From NCBI GenBank assembly GCA_964187785.1, contig OZ076409.1, forward strand, positions 98,706,001 to 98,770,000: a stretch of 64,000 nt of DNA, in the 5' to 3' direction. A program made the position numbers and the translations under genes. The notes under the pieces were generated by a model. The model made no database searches and was not told where the DNA came from. It saw only the letters and a list, made by a program, of their open reading frames with translations. Source of the stretch: Amphiscolops sp. MND2022. Lineage: Eukaryota. Below, piece by piece: positions 36,101-48,100 of the stretch (positions are counted from its first letter, which is position 1; each line of letters opens with the position of its first letter).

Positions 36101-39100
36101 TACAAACAAATATTTGATGCATGCAAATTGAACTTTTGATTCGATGCGAATAAAAGCTGCATAACAAAATTGAGAACGTTTTCACTGAAATCCGATCATA
36201 TTCATTCGGATCGGCTAACTGCACAGTGGGCCAAATGAGCGGTCGGCCAATTGCACTGCCACCGGCAAATTTTTCTATGTTACCATTCGGTCATATTATT
36301 GAGCAGTTAAAGTCACAGCTACGCTTACTGTTATTTGCTCTGACTTGTTTCAAAGTTACATAATAGTTTCATCATTCAAAGCTCATTATCGAACGGAGCG
36401 ACCAATCACAATTAAGAATTCTATTCGGTTCTTCTATAAATTTATTCGCATTATTACCTGTCGGATATACAACCTATCACCTATTGCTAAATACTAACGT
36501 AGCTGGAAAGGTGATGTTTTTGAGCTTTCGAATTCCTATCTCAGGTGGAAATCTTTAATAAACATGCTTTATGTAATTTATTTTTGATTGCTTGACAGTG
36601 TGCGGAAATGATTAAACAGAGATACCGCTTGTACATATGTTGTACATAGTTTCAAGATGTTTCAAATATCGGTCAAATTTCATGTAAAATTTGGTTCAAA
36701 CATTCTAATTCTGAAACTTGTTGTTTTATTAATTTAAATCAATAAAAACAAGTTTCAGAATTAAAAGCGACAGCGTGTCGTCAATTTTAGTAGCAATTAC
36801 TACAAAAATTGACGACACTGTCGCTTCAAATTAGGTCGAATGTTGTAAATTTTGTTCCCGCAAAATCGATTGTCAACAAGATGAATGGAAAATCGATATT
36901 GCAAGACATTGTTAACTTAAAAAAGCATCTTTTACATATCTTAGTCGTTAAATCAATAACTTTGTGACTTTTCCCTACTTGATGATTGTTCGATTTCACT
37001 TTTCCATTAGTGCAATTTTGGATTAACACTTCTTAGATGAATGTGTTAATGTGTTGCAGAGAGTTTCGTCTGAAAGAAATCGTTTGAATCTGGCGTTTTC
37101 TAATCAGCTTCCGTTGAATTTTGTCGATTATTACTTTTGTTCACGTATTGCGGAAATTCACAGAGAATTTGAGGTAGTTTCGCAGCGCATTTTACTGGTA
37201 AAAGTCAACTTTCACTCTGGAAATTCACATGAAACTTTCACAACCACTGGATTTTACAGACAAAAACTCACTTTACGTACCATATTTTCAAATAACGGCA
37301 ATTTTCTTTACAATTTCCCCCGCAACTGACTTTTACATTTTAACGAAACAATTTGGAGAGAGTTAAATCACATAAATTACTTCTCCAAATTAAAATTTTT
37401 AATTGTAACTTGCTAGAATAAAGTTGTATCTCTCAAGTACACAAAATCAATTAATGCTCAAACGAAACATCTTAATTTTAACCGGGGAATTTTTACAGTC
37501 CTTTTTTGAAGGGCTCCTTTAATTTTTTGCAGGAACAAAGCGCTTTGCGAGTATAGAGCGACTTACTGATGAAAAACACGCCGGGAACGGCCCAAGTCGG
37601 CGCCATATCTAAGGCTCAAAAATAGCAAAAGGACTTCAAAGTGTCAAGTATTCTCTTCTACAGTACCCGCATGAGGAAAAAATTGAAAAAATCCCATTTT
37701 TTCGAAGGTTTTTTCAAATTTTTTTGGTCTCCGATAAGTCGCATAGTACCAAAAAATGTAGAAGGGGACCTCAAAAAAGTCTAAATAACCTCTATCTCAA
37801 GTGCCAGTAGAAGTAGTGTGGCATTTAGTGTTAGTTCAAGTCAGCTTATAGAGCTTATAAAAACTTTCCCTTCGTTGGTCTTAAAAAAAGAAAAGTCACT
37901 ACTATAGTCTGCGTTTTTCTACGAAAAAGCACCGACTAAAAACTCTTATTGTTTTGGTTGCACAAGTTTTTAATCATCCAATTTGTTGCAATATATAAAC
38001 ACAGCTTCGGTTTTTGATGTTTTCAGTTTATAAAACACATTTGTCGAGTATAAAGGGTCACAACTTTGGGAAATTTCGGCACTGTGCGACTTCTTCTGAA
38101 CAAAAATTTTTCGGAAAAAATACAATGTTCACAGCTAAGAAAAATCTTCGCTTTACTTTGAAGGGTCGTCCCTAGAAATGTTTAGTTTTAGCAGTCTACG
38201 AAAAGTATCAGAGCCACTGTGCTTCTTGGTAAACTCTTCTGATTGGCCTAAATTAGAAATAGGAAAGAATCAGCATCGAACTGGTTAAGATAATGTAATC
38301 AGCTGTTTCAAATACCTTGTGCCCTAAATGCAGGAGGGAAGCAGAAAGCGGTGCCAATCATTGACCAGCAGCTGTTTTTTACGAAGAATAAAAAAATAAT
38401 CAGTAAGATGAAAATTAGGTCGTCGTTGGTTCTCCGTCAATGAAGTCGGAGGAGCCTATGACATGGGTATTTGCCCGGGACAGACGCCCATAGTCATAGG
38501 CCCATTTTGCCTCTTGAAGTAAAAACTGTCCCGTCAGGAGGGGGTAGTCGTCTCTAACGAGCGCTCGCCAGCCTGATTCAGGCTTTAATTGCTGTCAGTA
38601 ACATGAATTACGCTCTTTCTTCGGAACTTCCCCTTAGTCAGCCTTTAAAACGTTCCGAGAGGAAGTTATGTAAATTGTCGTCATTCAGATTGCCTTGCGG
38701 AATAATATCTAAAATTGCCAAGCAGCCCTTGAGGGTTGTGTATTATTGCGACCGTGACCCACCTGTATGAGACTGCGTCGGCCATTGTTGATTGATGCCT
38801 GCAGAGTCGAGGGGTGCACTGACGAAGGGGGCCCGGCGGCCGAGGTGTTGTTGTTGTTGTTGTTGGCGGTGGAGGTGGTGGTAGTTGTCTCAGACCTGGG
38901 CATAAGGGTGTTAAAAATAACTGAATTGCAATATTATTGTCGGCAAAAATAAATAATTCTTTTTCTCAGGAGAAACAATAAATTATTGAACCAAATATTC
39001 TATTATTGGCAAACCAAAAACAATTATTGCGCAATTAATGCCCAAAATTATATTTCTTAAATCAAAGTTTGACAATTGATCATTGATTTTGTCAGCCCTT

Positions 39101-42100
39101 TGGTTTCGCATCTCACAAACAGTTTTTACATCCCAAAAAGGCCTGTTTGAGCTCAAGAACATCTCGGCCTAGAGATTGGTTGGCAACAATTTTCTTCCGA
39201 TAATCGGTAAACTCGTAATTCTCATTGACCAGTACCTACTAGGACTTCTACGCATACACGTAGGCTACATCAAAAACAATTTTGCTGCAATAATTGCCTT
39301 CAAAAATAAATTATTTGCATTGCTTTTGCTGGAAAATACATAATTGCAATTTATTTATTGCCAATTTTTTCCCGACAATTATCATTTTAACACCCTTGCC
39401 TGGGTAACACCCCCTGACGCACGAAGAGGAAGATGCGGGTGTAGCAGTAGAAGATGATTGTCACTGGCAGCAGAAAGGCGAACACGTACATCACACTTAT
39501 CCACACGCGGTTGTGCCACGTCCGAGTGACGTAATCGAACGAACAGCTCGTTCGGAAACCTGAAAGAGAAGCATGAAAAGTCCAGGGTGGTAGGTAACTT
39601 AGCCGAACGATCAGGTAGCCGAACGTTATTTTTACAAGAATCTGCAGGCAGTGCTTTTCATTTGATCGCTTGTTAAAGTTAGAAAACAACAGAATTTTAG
39701 AAAATTGTACACTTTAACAGTGAACAACGCTCTAACTCTGGGAAAGACTCCCCTAAGTCATACTCTGAATGCTTTTGTGAATAGTTAGATAATTTTCCCG
39801 TATTAGGAGATTGCATTCGAAACAATTTAGGACTTGTGAGACCAATGAAAAATGATCAGTTGCATGAAACTGTTGTTGGACCAAAAATTTTCATCTGAGA
39901 TTGTTTTTTTTCTGAAGTATTTTTCTCAACTCTTTGTGAGTTCAATTTGATATTTTTCAAACTAAAACGTCTCACACAGTACTACTGTCCACCTACCCAA
40001 TTTTGAATTGAAAACTTCCATCTTGAGAAAAACCGAAGAAAACAGAAAAAAAGGGGGACTCTTTGCGATTTTTTGACATCCATTGTGTTGCAAAATATCG
40101 AAACAAATGAGGGGCTCCCTTTGGTGCAATCCAAAAAGTTTCAAAAAGTCTCATAGTGCCGAAAAAAGTGGTGCTATGTGGGGATTCTTAGTGTGTTTTC
40201 GAGGTTCTGGACGTTTTTTTGTTTTTTTTCTTTCCGTTTTGGACGCGCTTCTGAGGTTGGAGTTGTTGAGGTTTGAAGTTGTTGAGGTTTGACGTTGTTG
40301 AACAAATGAACAAAAAAAGTGGACCTTACGCGTCTAAAAAAACTACCCACTGTAAGAGTCGGGCACATTTTCTACTAAAATGCGCCGACTAAAAAAAATT
40401 ACCCACTGTAAGAGCCGGGCACATTTTCTACTAAAATGAGCCGACTAAAAACAACTTATGATGTTTCTCAACTTATGTTGAATAGAACGCTGAAGATGTC
40501 GCTAGTGCAGTTTTCAACTAAAGTTGAAGCGGTGGGAGTAAGATCCATACTATTGACTCTGAAACAGTTTCAGCTAATTTTTCGATAATCACTAGAAGTT
40601 TCTGGTAATGATGAGTACCAAAGTTTCGAGGAACTTCATCTAGTTTACATTCATGCTTTTTGGAAAATGCTACGCGCAGAAATGACTAGCAGAGATTATT
40701 GAAACTATATGTGCTGGGATAAAATTTTGACCTGCCAACAAAATTATATCTCTTTCAAAAAGACAGCTTCCAATAGAAGTCTTTCAGGCAGCGTGTTAAA
40801 TGTCGATTGCAACGGGAAAAGTTTTGTAAAAAGTTTCTGTGAAAAATTAGAAAAGAAAGAGTGGATTTGTTTGGCAAATCTCACTTCGTGAATTCTCCAC
40901 ACTGCGGAGTTGGATCAATTTTTGAAGGTATCTGAAACCAACAACACCTGTGTTGTTCCGCTTTTCTTTACTGTAATTACTTTTTGGTCGGTTAGCTCAA
41001 ACGTTGACATCTTTATGCATCGGCTTCTCCTCGACTTACCGGCTCTGTAAACAATTGGTTGAAACATTGGACAAAAAACAAGGTCCTCTGCGAGTTCCAA
41101 ACAATGTCCAAACAAAGCTTAGAATAGTAGAACAGAAGTCACAGGTAGTGTATATTACCACAAGTTTCCCGGGTCGCGCCACCGAAATGTAAAGGCTGAT
41201 TCTTGTAGCTAATGCGTTCGAACCGTCGGCATGTATCTGGTATAAATATCACTTGCCGACAAATGTAAAGTTCCAGTAAACTTTACGAATTCCGTCATCA
41301 AAACCGAATGTTTCAAATTCTAAAAATTATCTTGCTATACTGTAGGCTAATTTTGATTGAAAACACTCAAATACGTTCTTACAAAACAATCACAAACAAA
41401 TATGGGGACTGAAGGAGGGCTAGCAAGAAATGGAGGGCAATATTTGACAGAATAATGTAGTGTTGGGTGTTGAAACGAAAAACCCCCCGAAAAAAAAACA
41501 AAGTACAAAACCGAACTGATTGCCATATTTTTTGCCTTGAATCGGTAGTTTGGGTCAACAAATATTGGTAGTCACTAATCTGAAAGCGGTTCTGTCTTTC
41601 GACCTAGAAATATCGCTCCTTGAAAGAATGGCTCTTTTCAGGTATCGATTTTCAGGTAGCGCACTGGTTCTTCACTGATTGAAAGCATAGATTCCACTTC
41701 AAAAACTTCACATGATTTTTCTTTTGACTTCCAAAGACAAAAATGTGGCTGCCTCTTATGTCTCAGAAGCCAATCCATTAAGTCAAAAGATCACGTTTTC
41801 AAAAACGACGCTTTTTAGTCCTCCATTGAGTGATATTGACTTCGACTAAGAATAAACGTACTTTATACACACAGCGGAAGAAAAGACATGAGAATGGCAA
41901 AAAAAAGATGTGTTTCACAGAACCCACACACAAATTATGTGGAAGACAGGATGAAAAAACGTCGAAAATAGTGAACTGAAAATTTTTAGAAATCGATCCA
42001 TATGAATTGCTTAATGTTCAACTCCGCACGATAAATCATTAAAATTGACTCTATTTCTTGATCAAAACGTATTATTCTAATTATTTAGCATTTCCTGTTC

Positions 42101-45100
42101 TGCCATAGCAGAACTAATTTCGAGCCGAAACTAATGTAGAAACTATAGAGCTAGTACTAAGTTACGTGCTAGGATTCCGAATCCTAGCACGTAACTTAGT
42201 ACTAGCTCTATAGTTTCACAACAATAGCTCACAAAATTCCAATATCAAGTATTCGTTTTGTAGTACGAGTCGTACTACAAAACGAATATTTGATATTGGA
42301 ATTTTGTGAGCGTGTCTCGGATTCCGCAAAAACTTGTCGCGGTTTCCGCAAAATACGCAGAAAAAGCTTGTCTATGCACTGTAATGTTCCAAAAGTTCGT
42401 TCAATTTTTAGTCGGCGCTTTCATTAATAAAATAGCCCGACTATTACAGTCATGCGTTTTTTTTTCGTTTTTTGTTTTAAGACAGACTCATTGCGACGAA
42501 ATTTTTGTTCAGTTTGTTCAACTAAAGGAAACTAAACGAATACCCGGAAACGCATCTTAAATATTTCAAAGGGTCCCCCTTTGGTTTTTTACTTTTTTGA
42601 CATAACCTACAAAACCGGACGGGACTAAAGGGTCCAGCCTTTCGATTATTTTTCCGCACTGTGCGACGTTTATTCGATCTTTTTTTGTCTCCAAAGGGTT
42701 ACCACAAGGTTTTATTTGAGGCGCCCACTTGAGAGGTTCTTGTCTTGTTAATATTCATCAGATGGAAGCTAAAGACGCTCGGTTTGGCCGACAAAGTTTT
42801 TCGAAGCGCACTAGTTTTAGTCGGTGCTTTTCTTAAGTAGAGAGTCGACTATAGTCATGGTTTTTTTGGATACACCTGAAGATTCAAAAATAGTTCTACC
42901 AAAAGTTCTACCCTTCAATTTTGGCAGTCTACATACTACCTTTGAACAGTAAAGGAGCCCCCTTCGACAAAAACACAACCCATAGCGGATTTAACGGAAA
43001 CCTGATAAAACGTTTCTTGAAGAATTTTTCAATGTTATAAAAGGTCCCCCCATTGATTTTTTTGGGGCAAACCGGGTTTAACGCAAACCGGATATAACAA
43101 ATTCCGGACAAAACGTATACCGGGTATAACGTTTCTTGTTTTTTAATGACCGACGAACTGACAGATTTCATCAGTTTCTCTCAATTTTGTTCATTCTGTC
43201 CAACTTGCAGACAACTTTCTTAGAACATGTATAACATCTAACACGTACATAAATTCCGATAAAACGTTTTCAAACTTCGGATCTAACGTTTTCAAAGTTC
43301 TGGTATAACGTTTTCATTTCTTGTATAACGTTGAAACGTTTTAGGGTCAGGTTTTTTTGGAGTTTCGAAAAGTCTTTATTCAATGACTGATACTATAACC
43401 ACGTTCCCAGAGTACACTTTTTTGCAGGGCGCCAACTTGGACCGTTCCCGACATGCTATGTTTGCAAAGATAGAGGAAACACCAAAGCCCTTTGGTTTTT
43501 TAGTCGGCGCTTCATGAAGTGAAACGCGACTATTATAGTGGCTTTTCTTTTTTTTCAATCCACACGAACTGACCAAAATAGTTCTTAAAAGTTCTACAAA
43601 ATATTATTGCACCAAATTGCACAATTTGGCCTAGCGAACTGAACCAAAAAATTTTTTCCTCTTTTCCCGCGAATCATACCTACCGGACGAGACCCCCTTT
43701 CAATTTTTTTCGGCACTGCGAGACTTTTTCGGAAAAAAAATTTCCCAAAGGGTCCCCCTTCAATTTTTTTGCTGTTTTGCGACAGAATAGATGTTGAAAA
43801 ATCCCACAGGGTCCTCTCTTTCAGTTTTTTCGGAATTGTGAGATTTTTCCCGAAAATAAAAATTTTTCCCCCTTCAATTTTTTGATGTTTTGCGACAGAA
43901 TGGATGTTGAAAAACCCCAAAGGGTCCCTTTTTCAGTTTTTCGGCATTGTGAGACTTTTTTTTCTGAAATTTGTTTCTCTTTAGCGCGCCAGGGGATCGC
44001 GCTAGCGGGCCGCGGCGCGCCACTCGGTCCATTTTTTTGGCTTTTCGATTTTCGAGTACTGTAAATTGACACTTGGAAGTCCTTTTGCTATTTTTGAGCC
44101 TTGGATGTGGCGCCGACTTGGGCCGGTCCCGGCTTGTTCTGTACTACTATGTAACTTTTTTTTTCATTGCTGGCCCCTTCAATTTTAGCAGGAACCAAGC
44201 TGTCTCAACTTCGTCTGTCTCAATCGAACCGGGTAAGTGAAAGGCTTTTAAAAACTAAGTCTGAATTCTGATTCAGGATATTTCGGCAAACAATAATGTC
44301 CGAAGACACAATAACGTAACAATACACAAGACGAATTATATGCAACTTGCTTTAGAACGGTGTTATCGGCAAATAGTACATGTGAAATTAAGGGAACTGC
44401 AGACTGTTATGTAATGTTAACAAATACGTTAAATAATTGGATGATATACTTTCAGAGGACAAAGGAAAATATTACGTAATAAACGGAACGCAAAAACGAA
44501 AAACTAGTTCATCCGAAATGAGCCCCACGCGGGGATCGAACCGCTTCGGTATGGTTGACAGGCACCGACCATACCGCTAGGCCATGGCGGCATGACATTG
44601 AAGTGTTTTGACGTGTACACAATTCAGTACACTGCAGACGTATTATATTTGACCGCTTTCGATTGTTGACAAACATTGGTTGTCAACATCCTCCGCCCCC
44701 GAAAAAGACGGCTCAAAAAGGGGGACGATTTTGACTAAGGGTCTGGTATAAAGGCTATGTTTTGTTCGTAAGTTAGCTGACCAAGCGATACCGTCAGAAC
44801 CGTAGTTGAGTGACTCAACTCTTGCCGTTGGGTAAAAGCCGCGCGGAGCGGTAGGATCAATGATCCAAACTAAGTCGCGAGCTTTCAGGTGTCGGTCGGA
44901 GTCTGAATGCCATTTCCCACGTTGGTTCAGTAGTGGAACGTATTCCTTGATCCAACGAGACCAGATGGCGTTTGCATAAGCTTGAGCGCGAGCGAAGCGT
45001 TTCCGATGGTCAAAATCATTGACAGCTGGGTTTATTGAAGGTAGGCTTGAACTCGGTCTGCCAAGCAGGAAATGGTTCGGGCAAAGCGCGTCGAATTCAT

Positions 45101-48100
45101 TGGGGTCAGAACTAACAGGTGTCAAGGGTCGGGCGTTAAGTGTTTGTTCCACTAGACAGAAGGTAGTCAAAAGGACGTCTTCGGTTAACTCCCGATTGCC
45201 TAAGATTGCGTAAAACACACGCTTACAGCTCCTAACAAGCCGTTCCCAAGACCCTCCCTGATGCGGACTTCCAGGAGGATTGAACTTCCATGTCAGCTTT
45301 TTATGAACCATTATCGAAGGAGCTTGTTGGTTCCAACATTGAATACAAGTACGAAGCTCTTTCTCCGCACCCAAAAAATTAGTGCCGTTATCTGACCATA
45401 TCACTGATGGCGTTCCACGACGTGCAATGAATCTCTCAATGCCCATCACACAAGCGCTAGTATCCAAGGAGGAGACAATTTCCAGATGTACAGCGCGTGT
45501 GGTCAAGCATGTCAACAAGAAAGCCCATCGTTTTTCAGATGAACGTCGAACTTTGACAAAAAAGGGACCGAAGTAGTCGACGCCGGTCATGGTGAAAGGT
45601 GGAGACTGAAATGCTAACCTCTCTTTAGGCAAATCAGCCATCATTGGAGTTAAGGTTTGTGCTTTGCGCTTTCTACAGACAAGACATTCTGTTTCAACTT
45701 TGCGGAGCATTTGACGTAATCTCAGGACAGCGAAACGTTGTTGCACTTGAGACCTCATAAAGTCAAGTCCTTGATGATGATGACATTTGTGTAAATTCTC
45801 AAGCATCAAAGGTACGACTGGATGTAAACCATCTAAAATTATTGGATGCATCGTGTCGAACTCAATCGCATCGAGCCGTTTAGTGCGTCCTGTGGACCTC
45901 AGCAAACCTCTGGGTCCGACGAAAGGTGAGAACGATCGGATACGGCTGGTGTTAGCGATCGACTTCTCTTTAAACAAACATTTGAGTTCATCTCTGAATG
46001 ATTCTCTCTGCGAGAGGAGAAGCAATTTCTCTTCGGCGAAAGTTATTTCAATTGAGTCGGTGATTTTCAGGTCGCCAGAGCGGAAGTGACGATTCCTTGG
46101 TAAAAGACGCAGAATGTAAGCTGTTATGCGGACTATTTTCGAGAAGCTGCTGTATTTTGTCCAATCAAACACAACCTGTGTTTGCTGCTGATTCGACGTG
46201 ATTGACACGAACAATTGCAGCTCAACGTTTTTCTTCTTGATGCTTTGCAAGACTGTGTCATCCACTTGAAACGGGAAGTCGGGTGTTCGAAGAAACTCTG
46301 GTCCAGTGAACCAACTACTAACTTTCAGTGCCTCAGCAGAAAGTCCTCTGGTACCGGCATCAGCTGGATTGTCGGTTGTACCTATGTAATTCCACTGATC
46401 CACAGTTGTGAGATCAAGTATTTCACTCACACGATTGGCAATGAAAATCGGTTGTTTCTCCAAAGAGTTCAACCACTGCAGCACCGTTGTGCTGTCGGTC
46501 CATAAGTAAGTCTTTTCAAGAGGTCGAGTTAGTGCTTGGTGCACTTCATTCGAAAGGCGGGCAGCTAAAAACGCGGCTTGCAATTCCAGCTTCGGTACTG
46601 TCAATGTTTTCATGGGCGCAACCCGTGCTTTCCCAATAACGAATGCTAAATGAGTTGTATTTCCAGACAACTCTAACGAATGTCCACGAAGAAAAGCTAC
46701 TGCACTGAAAGCTTCTTGTGAGCTATCTCCGAAAACATGGAGTTCTATTTTATCAACGGTCGTGGGAAAGAAGCTTCGAGGAATTGTTATATTTAAAAGT
46801 CTCGGCAGGTCCAAAGTCCATTCAGTGATTCTTTCAGCTATCTCATTGGGAAGTTCGTTATCCCACTCTTGGCCGGATAAACGCCAGATTTCTTTCAGGA
46901 TGAGGCGTGCTTTCACAGTGAATGGTGCTACTAGACCAATGGGGTCAAAAACCGAAGCAACCAAACTGAGCACAGATCTCTGGGTTAGCGGAGTCTGAAC
47001 AGTACGATCTGTTCCTCGACTTACAATCAGAGTATCAGTGGCATGGTTCCACTTCAAACCAAGAACATGTGAGGAATTGCCAAGGGTGTCAGAGAACCGT
47101 TTTGCTTCGTCTTGTATTTGACATGATTCAGTGTTTTCATTCAGTTTGCCGGCGATTTTTTGGATGTTGCTAACAAACTTTGTCAGCTTGAATCCTCCCT
47201 TGTTCAACAATTCTATCAGAGCTTGCGATCGTGTCAAGACCTCCTCTGAGGTTTCCATCGAGTCAAGATAATCGTCCATGTAGAACTTTTCTTTGACAGC
47301 AAGAGCTGCGTCGGGGTATGTAGATTCGTTGTCGGTAGCTGTACGGCGTAATGCGTAATTAGCACACGTCGGAGAGTCTTTAGACCCGAAAATGTGTCGC
47401 GTGTATTGAAACACAACAATTTTATTGGTGGGGGCTTCCCGCCACAAAAATCGAAGTGACGGTTGATCGGAAGGCAAGACTCCCACTTGCAAAAACATCG
47501 CTTCGATGTCTGCAGATACTGCGAAGCGAAATTCACGGAAACGAATGAGAACGTGCAAAAGATTTTGTAATAAGTCTGGGCCAGTCAACAGAGCGCTGTT
47601 CAGCGACTGTTTGTGGCACTTAGCAGCTCCGTTCAAAACTCTTCGTACTTTTTCGGGCTTGTGTGGATTCACTACCGGATGGTGGGGTAGGTACCACTCA
47701 CGGCTGGAACGATTTGTAGCATTATAAGCAGGTACTTCAACGATATAACCATGGGCAAGGTCATCGTCTATGGTTTTTTGGTATCTTGCTTTCAGCTCTG
47801 GGTCTTTCTCAAGACGTTTCTCGAGAGATTTTAATTGAACCAAAGCAGCAAAATAATTGTCGGGAAGCGGCTCGTCGGTTGCCCACAACATTCCAACTTG
47901 ATAGCGTTCGCCATCGTGAAATGTTGTTTCTTCTAGAATTTTTGAAGCTCGCTCATCTGAAGATGAAAGCGGGTCCACTTGCTTGAAAGCTCCAAAAGAT
48001 TCAAGATCGTACCAAGCACGTACTTGCTCAGTCAAGTTTCCGGTTTCCACATTAGCTTTAAAACATGTCGAAATCATACAAGTGGTCGAAGGAAGAGGCC

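Noticed and set aside
36222..38221. CACAGTGG...CCACTGTG as Transib/RAG-like termini
   Set aside because: Only 8 bp match, no TSD and no transposase between them.
40480..41330. Higher-complexity stretch that may be a decayed coding or transposase remnant
   Set aside because: No sustained ORF or recognisable motif; a translated search would be needed.
44521..44591. Functional tRNA-Asp gene
   Set aside because: Acceptor and anticodon stems do not pair properly; kept only as tRNA-like.
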